This document shows positions 31,221 through 40,732 of a stretch of DNA of 64,000 nucleotides, in pieces; within the stretch, counting starts at the first letter, position 1; every line of letters begins with the position of its first letter. The notes beneath the pieces are model-generated. The model searched no databases. It was not told the origin of the DNA and saw nothing but the letters and a program-made list of their open reading frames with translations. The stretch is from an uncultured Chloroflexia bacterium (GTDB lineage Bacteria; Chloroflexota; Dehalococcoidia; GIF9; UBA5629). The position numbers and the translations under genes were made by a program. The stretch covers positions 8,575 through 72,574 of the forward strand of contig CAVWGE010000001.1 of assembly GCA_963754385.1 (NCBI GenBank). The letters are read 5' to 3'.

Positions 31221-31550
31221 TTATTCTGCGTTGCATTTAATGCATTTGTCGAAGAGGTCTGCCAGTAGTTTGGAAATCTCGGTACGTATTGGTGTTACAG
31301 TACCACCATTGCCATATACATATTGCTGCTGGTTTTGATTCGGATTTCTAGTCAGTGGTGCTTGATTGTAAGGTGGCTGACTATACTGTGGCCATTGCTG
31401 GTCAGGATACTGATAATTGTACGACAGAAGTGGTGGCTGAGGCGATATTTGTTGTATTACACAGATTAAGTTAATACCGCAATTGCCACAAAACCTAGCA
31501 CCATACGCAATTTGTGCCCCGCAACTAGGGCAGAAATGCATTTGCCACAT
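31221..31550 (-). CDS. Zinc-ribbon protein with a Q/P/Y-rich low-complexity region
   Basis: 109 aa. N-terminal CPSCG..CGNCG zinc ribbon followed by a Q/P/Y/N-rich segment. Confidence 0.4.
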   Translation of the reverse strand: MWQMHFCPSCGAQIAYGARFCGNCGINLICVIQQISPQPPLLSYNYQYPDQQWPQYSQPPYNQAPLTRNPNQNQQQYVYGNGGTVTPIRTEISKLLADLFDKCIKCNAE

Positions 31551-31677
31551 CAGTGTTAACCCCTTCTCACAGTAATTAGTCCACGACTTTGTTCAAATGG
31601 GACTTGAAAATTTTCAAATGCTCTGCCTCTTTAGAGTGATTAGTCTATTCGCTCTTGTTGGCAGGTGATACGGTTTC

Positions 31678-32028
31678 CTACTTTAATTGTCTTCCCAAAT
31701 TCATCATTTGGTTCCAGTCCAAGCTACCCAGTTCGTCAATGTATTCCTGTGTTTGCTGATCAGAAAGGGCATAGGTGATAAGGTCACCATTATTGTGTTG
31801 GGCTGAAAGAATACCTTTTGCAACCAAGTTTGCGAGTGCATCTCTTAAGCTAAGCGCTGAAGTATCCAGGGCTCTAGCGATGGTGTACAAGCTTAATTTT
31901 ACCTTAGGATGTCTTCCCCAGAAGCAGAGTAACTTGAATTGCATACTGGTGCAATTGATATCCTTCAGAAATGGCAGCAGGTCGTAATGAGCTGTTCTCC
32001 TTATCCCACAATCGATCATCATGCCCAT
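31678..32028 (-). CDS. Hypothetical winged-helix protein
   Basis: 116-aa ORF. Weak MarR-like HTH (LYTIARALDTSALSLRDALANLVAKG). Confidence 0.3.
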   Translation of the reverse strand: MGMMIDCGIRRTAHYDLLPFLKDINCTSMQFKLLCFWGRHPKVKLSLYTIARALDTSALSLRDALANLVAKGILSAQHNNGDLITYALSDQQTQEYIDELGSLDWNQMMNLGRQLK

Positions 32029-32268
32029 TTTCTCCTATTTCACTACTTTTTATCTTGATTGCATTCGCCAAGATATTTTTATGATATCAATAGAATATTA
32101 ATTTCTGATTAAGATTTTGAACTGAGAATTGTGCTCTATTTGTTAAACGAGTGATATGACGGTAGGTTTACAGATGTGTGTATACATAAATAATCGGAAG
32201 GGCAATTCCTATTGGCGCTCCCATAGCTCACCAGAGCTGGCCCCGAAACCGCCGCGCGAGTACTGTGT

Positions 32269-32395
32269 AAGCCTCGCGGGGGCTCCGGCGGCCGCCGCGG
32301 CGGGCCGTGGGGTTTCCCGAATGTCGCCGATTACTTACTGCCGCCCGACCCCTGTAGCAGTTGGACGGTCAGGGTGTCGTCCGCGAAGTAGGTCC
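32269..32395 (+). repeat. Mosaic repeat copy c (GC-rich core plus YFADDTL tail)
   Basis: See 28321..28500. The minus-strand ORF 32331..32558 ends '...RTYFADDTLTVQLLQGSGGSK'. Confidence 0.6.
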
Positions 32396-32635
32396 TGCTG
32401 TTGCGGCAGGTGCCGGCGATGGCCCTCAGTATGTCGCGGAAGTTCCACAGCTCGACGCCGTCCTCCTTGGCCTTCTTCAGGGCGTCCTCTTCCCACCCCC
32501 ACGTATCATAGGCATCAATTACATCATTTTGATGCCTGTGACTCAACCGCACAACCACTCTTGTTGTGTGGTCCCGCTATAAAATAGAACCTTGCCTTCG
32601 TTCAGTTTTCGATAAGCAGTGGCTTTCCTAGGTAA

Positions 32636-33028
32636 CTAGCTACCTTTTTTTGCCGCCTTGTAGGGATACAGGCCCAGGAAAAGCGCGGCGAAGACGGCAT
32701 TAAAGATAAGTGGCATTCCCTCCTGGCTGAAGGTAACGATACCCCGCATGATTGAGTACGCGCCCATGACTACAATCAGAATAGCCACCGTTATGGCAAA
32801 CTGTACCCACATAATGTGCTTCAGCGGGTTCCGTGCCGCGACTATGACAAAGGCACCAGCCGTAATATAGCAGATGCCAAGCAGCCCAAAAACGTATGCC
32901 ACCCAAGCAGGTGCTCCTGTCTCACCACCCATTTCACATAATTGGGTAGGGAAAAAGATGTACGCCAGACCTAACAAAATCGCTATCGCCGACCAAATGA
33001 TCATCACTACCTTTAGAGCTTTTATCAT
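32636..33028 (-). CDS. Small membrane protein (four TM)
   Basis: 130 aa, strongly hydrophobic. Confidence 0.4.
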   Translation of the reverse strand: MIKALKVVMIIWSAIAILLGLAYIFFPTQLCEMGGETGAPAWVAYVFGLLGICYITAGAFVIVAARNPLKHIMWVQFAITVAILIVVMGAYSIMRGIVTFSQEGMPLIFNAVFAALFLGLYPYKAAKKGS

Positions 33029-33081
33029 TTTTTTATCTCCTGTAATAAGATTTACTGTAAAAACTAACAGCTAGTTGCTGA

Positions 33082-33450
33082 TTAATAATACTGTGGTTGC
33101 TTGAATGCCTTGGTAGCCAGAGTCTCAATCAGGAACCCCCAAATGACTGGCAAGGCGAAAGCTATCCACGGTTGAAGAGGTCCTCCAACGTTGCCAATTG
33201 CCAGGAATATGCCGAAGAGAGCTCCCCACAACGCACCATGAGCCGCCCAATTCATTTTGAGCGAACTTGCCCCGATTGCAAACCCCAGGACAGTGTGGTG
33301 TAACAGAAAGGAGACACCGAGGGGCCAAAAGGGAATTTGTGAGCCATACCTGGACAATAACATGCATATAACGCCAAAGACGGCACCCAGTACTGTGGTT
33401 GTAACCAAGCGAGACGTTTTTGTCACTTTGCTACCCGATTTCATTCTCAA
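33082..33450 (-). CDS. Small membrane protein
   Basis: 122 aa, hydrophobic helices. Confidence 0.4.
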   Translation of the reverse strand: MRMKSGSKVTKTSRLVTTTVLGAVFGVICMLLSRYGSQIPFWPLGVSFLLHHTVLGFAIGASSLKMNWAAHGALWGALFGIFLAIGNVGGPLQPWIAFALPVIWGFLIETLATKAFKQPQYY

Positions 33451-33772
33451 CTCCTTCCATACGTTGGACTTAAGCTTACTCCTTAGTGACGCATGACTTT
33501 CCTTTAAATAGTTATGGGTTAGTATACAGGTATATTCTTCAAATAGGCGCTACCTTCTAACACTTCACGTTCAGGTGAACCAAATAAAAAGGGCACTGCA
33601 ACTGCAACCAAACGGCAATTCCAGTGCCCTCATTTCACATGCGCCTCCGTCAATCCGTCTTATTTGTAGACTAGACTGGAGTACAAAGGCGTCGCAAGTA
33701 TATGGCCTTCTCATTCCAATGTCAATACGTAGAATTACCTACTGTAATAATTAGTCCACCCTCCGGGATATG

Positions 33773-33880
33773 TGGCCTCCCGGACGTCGCCGATTACTTC
33801 CTGTCGCCTGACCTCTGTAGCAGCTGATGGTCCTGAGGGTGTCGTCCGCGAAGTAGGCTTTGCTGCCGCGGCGGGCTGGT
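33773..33880 (+). repeat. Mosaic repeat copy d (tail module only)
   Basis: 'gtcgccgattacttcctgtcgcctgacctctgtagcagctgatggtcctgagggtgtcgtccgcgaagtagg' matches copies b and c. Confidence 0.55.
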
Positions 33881-34084
33881 GAACGGCAGGCTGCAAAAGC
33901 TTACAAGGGCCCAGAAAGCTTACAACGAACTGGAGGGAAAGCTTGCGAAAAGCTTACGACGCCGCCCCTCGAGTTCAAAAAGCCCAGAAGCTGACCTGCT
34001 TTAACTATGAGGCGTTGTGAGAATAGCAACTCACCTAGGCAAGTTATATAATATATGGTCAAAATTGAAGTAGCAAAGGAATGA

Positions 34085-35728
<1,644 letters not shown>

Positions 35729-35868
35729 CCAATACGCAGCTGCATTTTGGAGCGTTCCCTCCTCTTCCCACAGGTAAGTTTGTAGATTCCGGAAAACTAT
35801 GGAAACCTTCTTGCAATTTAGAACATTGCTTGGTAAACTAAACAAAATGTTGTTTGGAGGGTTAGACC

Positions 35869-36717
35869 ATGGAGATTAGATTCAACACACACGGGCAGAG
35901 TTCACTAGCCACGAAAGTCTTTTTCAGCGACGAAAGTGGTTTTGAAGTTGCCTCCGTAATCGTGACAGGGAAGACCGATGCCGTTCTTATTGATGCACAG
36001 TGGACATTGTCGAATGCCTATCGAGTTGTGGCAGAAATACTGGAAACAGGTAAATACCTGAAAACGATTTATATTACTCATGCGCATCCTGACCATTACT
36101 TTGGACTTGGCACCATTGCCGAGGCTTTCCCTAAAGCCCGGGTTATAGCAATCCCTTCGGAAGCCCGTATAATCAACAACCAGTTTTTTGGTAAAATCGA
36201 ACATTGGGAAAATGTGATAGGAACCATCAACGTACCCAGAAAAACAGCTAATATCGAGCCTCTTACTGAGAACTACTTCGAACTGGAAGGACACCGTATC
36301 GAGATTATTTCAGAAGTGGTGGGGGACATGAAATACAACACGGTGGTCTGGATCCCTTCGATAAAAACCCTGTATGCAAGCGACGTTCTTTTTAACCAGG
36401 CACACCCCTTTACCTGCGAGCTTACAGCGGAAGAACGCAAGCAGTGGATAAAGGACATTGACCGTATAGAGAAAATGGGTGCCGAGGTAATCATTCCCGG
36501 CCATCAAAAACCCGGAATGCCTTTCGACACCAGTTCGCTCAATTTCACCAGGGATTATTGTGTGGCTACCGATGAGGAGCTGGCAAGAACGAACGATGTT
36601 GCTGGTTTTTATTACGCCATGGTAAAACGCTTCCCTGATGCCAACCTCTTTATCAGCAACGAAATGAACGCAAATGTGTTCAAAGGAGACATGGATTGGA
36701 ATTGGCGGGAAGAATGA
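35869..36717 (+). CDS. MBL-fold metallo-hydrolase
   Basis: 282 aa. 'THAHPDHYFG' HxHxDH motif. Confidence 0.7.
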   Translation: MEIRFNTHGQSSLATKVFFSDESGFEVASVIVTGKTDAVLIDAQWTLSNAYRVVAEILETGKYLKTIYITHAHPDHYFGLGTIAEAFPKARVIAIPSEARIINNQFFGKIEHWENVIGTINVPRKTANIEPLTENYFELEGHRIEIISEVVGDMKYNTVVWIPSIKTLYASDVLFNQAHPFTCELTAEERKQWIKDIDRIEKMGAEVIIPGHQKPGMPFDTSSLNFTRDYCVATDEELARTNDVAGFYYAMVKRFPDANLFISNEMNANVFKGDMDWNWREE

Positions 36718-36789
36718 GACATGGTTGTTGACCAGGCTGATAACACACCTCTGAAAATAGCTCGATAAATAATATCGAGAACGGCACAA

Positions 36790-36826
36790 AAAGCCCCCGG
36801 TTTCTATGCCGGGGCTTTTCCTTTTG
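36790..36826 (+). terminator. Rho-independent terminator (gcccccgg-tttctatg-ccggggc + TTTTCCTTTT)
   Basis: Perfect 8-bp GC stem plus T-run after the MBL gene. Confidence 0.7.
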
Positions 36827-36864
36827 CGAGCAGATTCCGGTAGCCCTGTGGGTTCGAATGTTGC

Positions 36865-37479
36865 CTATTCCTCTGGCCCGGGTTCGAAAGAGGGTGAGGG
36901 AAAAGAAAGTGCTTCGGTTAAAAGATAACTTGCTTGTAGTGCCTCTGTAGGACAAAGTGGAAAGCATTCCTTGCAGTTCCAGCACTCCTTAGAGGCTATC
37001 TCCGGGATGAAACTTATCTCTCGTCTTGCTCCTCTGTCAACAAATCCAATAGCGTTCTTTTTCTTGACTTCAGCACAGTATCTGACACATAGACCACAAA
37101 GAATGCAAAATGAGGACTCTTTTTCAAAACGGCCTTTGTCTGCTCCATACTCTTGAGCCAAATCCTGCAATTCTACGGCATCCGGAGCATGAGCTAGCAT
37201 CAGCTCCAGAAGCACTTTGCGAGTTTTATCTATCTTCTCAGACCTGGTTCTTACTACCAAATTTTGTTCTACAGGGTAAAGGCAGGCAGCAACGAGATTT
37301 GTCCTACCGCGAGCTTCTATTTCTACTGTGCAAATTCGGCAAGCCCCATAAGGTTCTAATTTCTCGTGGTGACAAAGTGTAGGGATATTTATTCCTACAC
37401 TTTGTGCTGCCTCCAAAATGGTCATCCCTTCCCTGGCTTCAACTTCCCTTCCATCAATCTGTAAAATGATTTCACTCAT
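36865..37479 (-). CDS. [2Fe-2S]/[4Fe-4S] ferredoxin-like protein (NuoG / HndD N-terminal domain type)
   Basis: 204 aa. Plant-type 2Fe-2S fold (CHHEKLEPYGACRIC) followed by CxxCxxC..CP cluster motifs. Confidence 0.7.
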   Translation of the reverse strand: MSEIILQIDGREVEAREGMTILEAAQSVGINIPTLCHHEKLEPYGACRICTVEIEARGRTNLVAACLYPVEQNLVVRTRSEKIDKTRKVLLELMLAHAPDAVELQDLAQEYGADKGRFEKESSFCILCGLCVRYCAEVKKKNAIGFVDRGARREISFIPEIASKECWNCKECFPLCPTEALQASYLLTEALSFPSPSFEPGPEE

Positions 37480-37481
37480 CT

Positions 37482-39404
37482 TTATTTACTCTCTCTGGCT
37501 ATAATTCTTGCTTCTTCAGGGATAGGAGGCGGAACAGGCTCGCCAGAAATCTTCTTCGCCGCACCAAAGCGAGGGGGGCAAACTTCAAAGCAAGTTCCGC
37601 ACTTTGTGCATTTCTCCTGGTCAATTACATGGATCTGGTTCTTACCACCTACAATCGCCTCTGCAGGGCATTGCCTGAGACAAATCATGCAAGCCTGACA
37701 CTTCTCGGGGTCGATATAGTATGAGATTAGCGCCTTACACGCGTAAGCCGGACAACGCTTCTCCTTGATGTGTGCCTCATACTCATCTCTGAAGTAGCGT
37801 ATCGTGCTTAGAACCGGGTTGGGGGCAGACTTACCTAAAGCACAAAGTGAGGCATCTTTTGTTACCACGGATAGCTCCTCCAAAAGCTCGATGTCGCCCT
37901 CTCTCCCCTTTCCTTCACTAATATTAGTCAGAATCTTAAGCATCTGCCTGATGCCTTCACGGCAGGGGACGCATTTGCCACACGATTCATCAGCGAGGAA
38001 GTTAAGAAAGTACCTGGCGACATCAATCATACAGGTATCTTCATCCATTACAATCATGCCACCTGAACCCATCATTGAGCCAGCCTTGGCGAGCTCATCA
38101 AAATCGACTTTCATGTCTAACTGTTCCTCAGGGATACATCCTCCGGATGGACCCCCGGTCTGCACTGCTTTGAATCTCTTGCCTCCAGGGATACCACCGC
38201 CTACCTTATAGATAATATCTTTCAGGGTTATGCCCATGGGTACTTCCACAAGGCCGGTATTGTTTATCTTACCTACCAAGGAGAAAATCTTCGTGCCCTT
38301 GCTGCCTTCAGTTCCAAATTGAGTAAACCAGTCAGCGCCTTTATTGATAATAAGCGGCACATTAGCCCAAGTCTCAACATTATTCAAGCAGCTGGGTCTA
38401 TCCCAAATGCCCTTAACGGCGGTGTGGATATACTTCGGTCTGGGCTCTCCTACCTTGCCTTCTATTGCCGTCATCAGAGCGCTCGATTCACCAGAGACGA
38501 AAGCGCCGGCTCCTCGGTGCACTTTAATAGTGAAATCAAAACCTGAGCCAAGGATATTTTCTCCAAGGAGACCATGCTCCTCGGCCTGCTTGATAGCAAT
38601 ACCCACGTTCTCTACTGCCAGGGGATATTCCTGCCGAACGTAAATATAACCCTCATGGGAGCCGATGGCATAGGCTCCCATGGTCAACCCCTCAAGAACT
38701 GAATGAGGGTTCCCCTCGAGAAGGGCTCTATCCATAAATGCCCCTGGGTCACCCTCGTCGGCGTTGACTATCACATACTTTATTTCGTCAGGGGCATTGC
38801 GACATTCCTCCCATTTCTTGCCGGCAGGAAAGCCACCGCCTCCCCTCCCTCTCAGGTTGGATTTTTTGACTTCCTCCAATACTTGCTCGGAGGTCATCTG
38901 GGAAAGAACTTTGGCTAAAGCAGAATAACCACCTAGCGCCAGATAATCATCGATACTTTTAGGATCAATCTTAATGTTATTGCCGATAAGGAGCCGCATC
39001 TGGTTCTTGTAAAAAGGTATTTCATACTCATGTACTGCTTTTTCGCCAGTATTTGGGTCAGTATAAAGCAGGCGGTCAATCACTTTTTTCCCAACTACAG
39101 TCTGAGAGACAATTTCTGGGGCGTCCTCCGGTGTTACCCCTATATAACAGATTTCTTCGGGATAGATAACGACTAGAGGTCCTTTTTCACAAAAGCCGGG
39201 GCAACCGGTTCCTCTAACGTCAACCTTGGTCTTTAAAGCTTGTTTTTCGATTTCTTCTTCAAAGGCACTGATAACCCTGTCACTGCCGAGAGCGAGACAG
39301 CCGGTTCCAGCACATATCGTAATACAGGGTTTGTTTTGGTCTCTTTTGGACAATATTTCTTGCCTGAGTTCTTCCAATTCAGTAGGCGAATTTATCTTTG
39401 GCAT
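37482..39404 (-). CDS. NuoF/HndC-like NAD(P)H-binding flavoprotein with an N-terminal thioredoxin-like 2Fe-2S domain and C-terminal 2x[4Fe-4S]
   Basis: 640 aa. FMN/NADH-binding 51-kDa-subunit motifs (GRGGGGFPAGKKWE; ..NADEGDPGAF..), the SLBB 4Fe-4S site, and C-terminal CxxCxxCxxxCP x2. Confidence 0.8.
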   Translation of the reverse strand: MPKINSPTELEELRQEILSKRDQNKPCITICAGTGCLALGSDRVISAFEEEIEKQALKTKVDVRGTGCPGFCEKGPLVVIYPEEICYIGVTPEDAPEIVSQTVVGKKVIDRLLYTDPNTGEKAVHEYEIPFYKNQMRLLIGNNIKIDPKSIDDYLALGGYSALAKVLSQMTSEQVLEEVKKSNLRGRGGGGFPAGKKWEECRNAPDEIKYVIVNADEGDPGAFMDRALLEGNPHSVLEGLTMGAYAIGSHEGYIYVRQEYPLAVENVGIAIKQAEEHGLLGENILGSGFDFTIKVHRGAGAFVSGESSALMTAIEGKVGEPRPKYIHTAVKGIWDRPSCLNNVETWANVPLIINKGADWFTQFGTEGSKGTKIFSLVGKINNTGLVEVPMGITLKDIIYKVGGGIPGGKRFKAVQTGGPSGGCIPEEQLDMKVDFDELAKAGSMMGSGGMIVMDEDTCMIDVARYFLNFLADESCGKCVPCREGIRQMLKILTNISEGKGREGDIELLEELSVVTKDASLCALGKSAPNPVLSTIRYFRDEYEAHIKEKRCPAYACKALISYYIDPEKCQACMICLRQCPAEAIVGGKNQIHVIDQEKCTKCGTCFEVCPPRFGAAKKISGEPVPPPIPEEARIIARESK

Positions 39405-39413
39405 AATTTTCCC

Positions 39414-39899
39414 TTAATCATAGTTTTTCAACACGTCTTCTATCTTGGTTGGTACTAGCTTTCCGTGATACTTTTTATCGATTACCATCACCGGTCCTAA
39501 AGCACAGCAGCCGAGGCAGTTGACAGTTTCCAGGCTAAACTTCAAATCCAAGTCCGTTTCGCCAGGTCTAATTCCAGTCAGGTCTTGAACCGTGTCGAGG
39601 ACGCGCGGCGCACCGCGAACATGACAGGCAGTACCCATACATATGTGAATTTCATGACGTCCTCTAGGAACTAAGTTAAAAGCTTTATAAAAGGTAGCTA
39701 TATGCTGTATCCGGCTTAAAGGCACTTTTAATTTCTTGCTGACTTTCTTTAATGCTTCCTTAGGAAGCCAGTGATTTTCGCTCTGAATCTCCAGTAATAC
39801 TTGAATTAGTGAACTGGCATCGCCCTGATATTTATTTATAATCTTATCGATTTTATCGTTACCAATAGCCGCTGTCTTAACTTTCCCTTTTTCTTTCAT
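39414..39899 (-). CDS. NuoE/HndA-like thioredoxin-fold [2Fe-2S] protein
   Basis: 161 aa. 'CMGTACHVRG' and 'CLGCCALGP' 24-kDa-subunit cysteine motifs. Confidence 0.8.
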   Translation of the reverse strand: MKEKGKVKTAAIGNDKIDKIINKYQGDASSLIQVLLEIQSENHWLPKEALKKVSKKLKVPLSRIQHIATFYKAFNLVPRGRHEIHICMGTACHVRGAPRVLDTVQDLTGIRPGETDLDLKFSLETVNCLGCCALGPVMVIDKKYHGKLVPTKIEDVLKNYD

Positions 39900-39924
39900 C
39901 TAATCTTGTTCCTTCTCTCTCATC

Positions 39925-40581
39925 TCAGGCGGGAACAAAGCCCTTCTGGATTTTATCGAACCTGACTAATCCTTCCCTTGCTGAACTATTAAGGTATCTT
40001 GATACTTCAGACGGACTTAAGCCTAAAATCTCAGAGATTTCTCCAGTTGAAAGGGGTCTTTCTCGCAGGAGTGACAAAATTTGGCTTATTGTCAATTTAT
40101 CTACAATTAATTCGCGGAATAATCTATTCACCTCGTCACTGGCGAAAAATTCGTTATATTCATCTTCCGTATCAAAACGTACTCTCAGCCTCTCCCTTTC
40201 CACCAGCTTAATGTAGGGGACTAAGTTTCTAACCGCTTCAAGTTTTAACTTTAATCCTTTTTTATCTATTCCTTCGCCTATGCCAAGTGGTCCTAACTCC
40301 TTAATCTTCTTGATAAAATCATTGACAACTTCGGCGAAACGGATTCCTTCACCGGAAGACATAAATTCGATCCTTAACCTTTCCGGGTTTATCCCTATGT
40401 GCTCCATTAATTTTTTACATAATAGCACCATGTTTAATGCATGGTAGTTTCCATCGGTAATATAATTACATTCATTTAAATGGCAACCACCAATAAACAC
40501 CCCGTCTGCTCCATTTGAGAAGGCTCTGAGTACAAATTCCAGGTCGACTCTGCCGGTGCACATGACGCGAATAAGCCTCAT
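39925..40581 (-). CDS. MvhD-like (methyl-viologen-reducing hydrogenase delta subunit) protein fused to a C-terminal winged-helix domain
   Basis: 218 aa. MvhD FlpD-type motifs (CTGRVD...GADGVFIGGCHLNECNY) plus a C-terminal HTH (LSTGEISEILGLSPSEVSRYL). Confidence 0.7.
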   Translation of the reverse strand: MRLIRVMCTGRVDLEFVLRAFSNGADGVFIGGCHLNECNYITDGNYHALNMVLLCKKLMEHIGINPERLRIEFMSSGEGIRFAEVVNDFIKKIKELGPLGIGEGIDKKGLKLKLEAVRNLVPYIKLVERERLRVRFDTEDEYNEFFASDEVNRLFRELIVDKLTISQILSLLRERPLSTGEISEILGLSPSEVSRYLNSSAREGLVRFDKIQKGFVPA

Positions 40582-40732
40582 TTCAGTTGTATATTGCAGT
40601 CTGGAAACTCCAGCCAGGTCAGCAGCGCCGTATACTCACCAATGGCATACAAAGCCCAATATTCTTGGTTTAAACTCGACTCCTGTACTCATTCGTATCT
40701 CCCTTTTAAATCGGTAATTCCTGCTTTTTTCA

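Noticed and set aside
26157-33880. GC-rich repeat units as integron attC sites / cassette array
   Set aside because: No integron integrase is present and the repeats lack the R''-L''/L'-R' inverted-repeat architecture of attC. They contain tRNA-3'-like and terminator modules instead.
36310-36789. 159-aa minus-strand ORF
   Set aside because: Antisense to the MBL-fold hydrolase gene, which has clear motifs. Also rejected as antisense shadows: 48760..49236 versus fdhD, and 51655..52149 and 52234..52668 versus rpoD.
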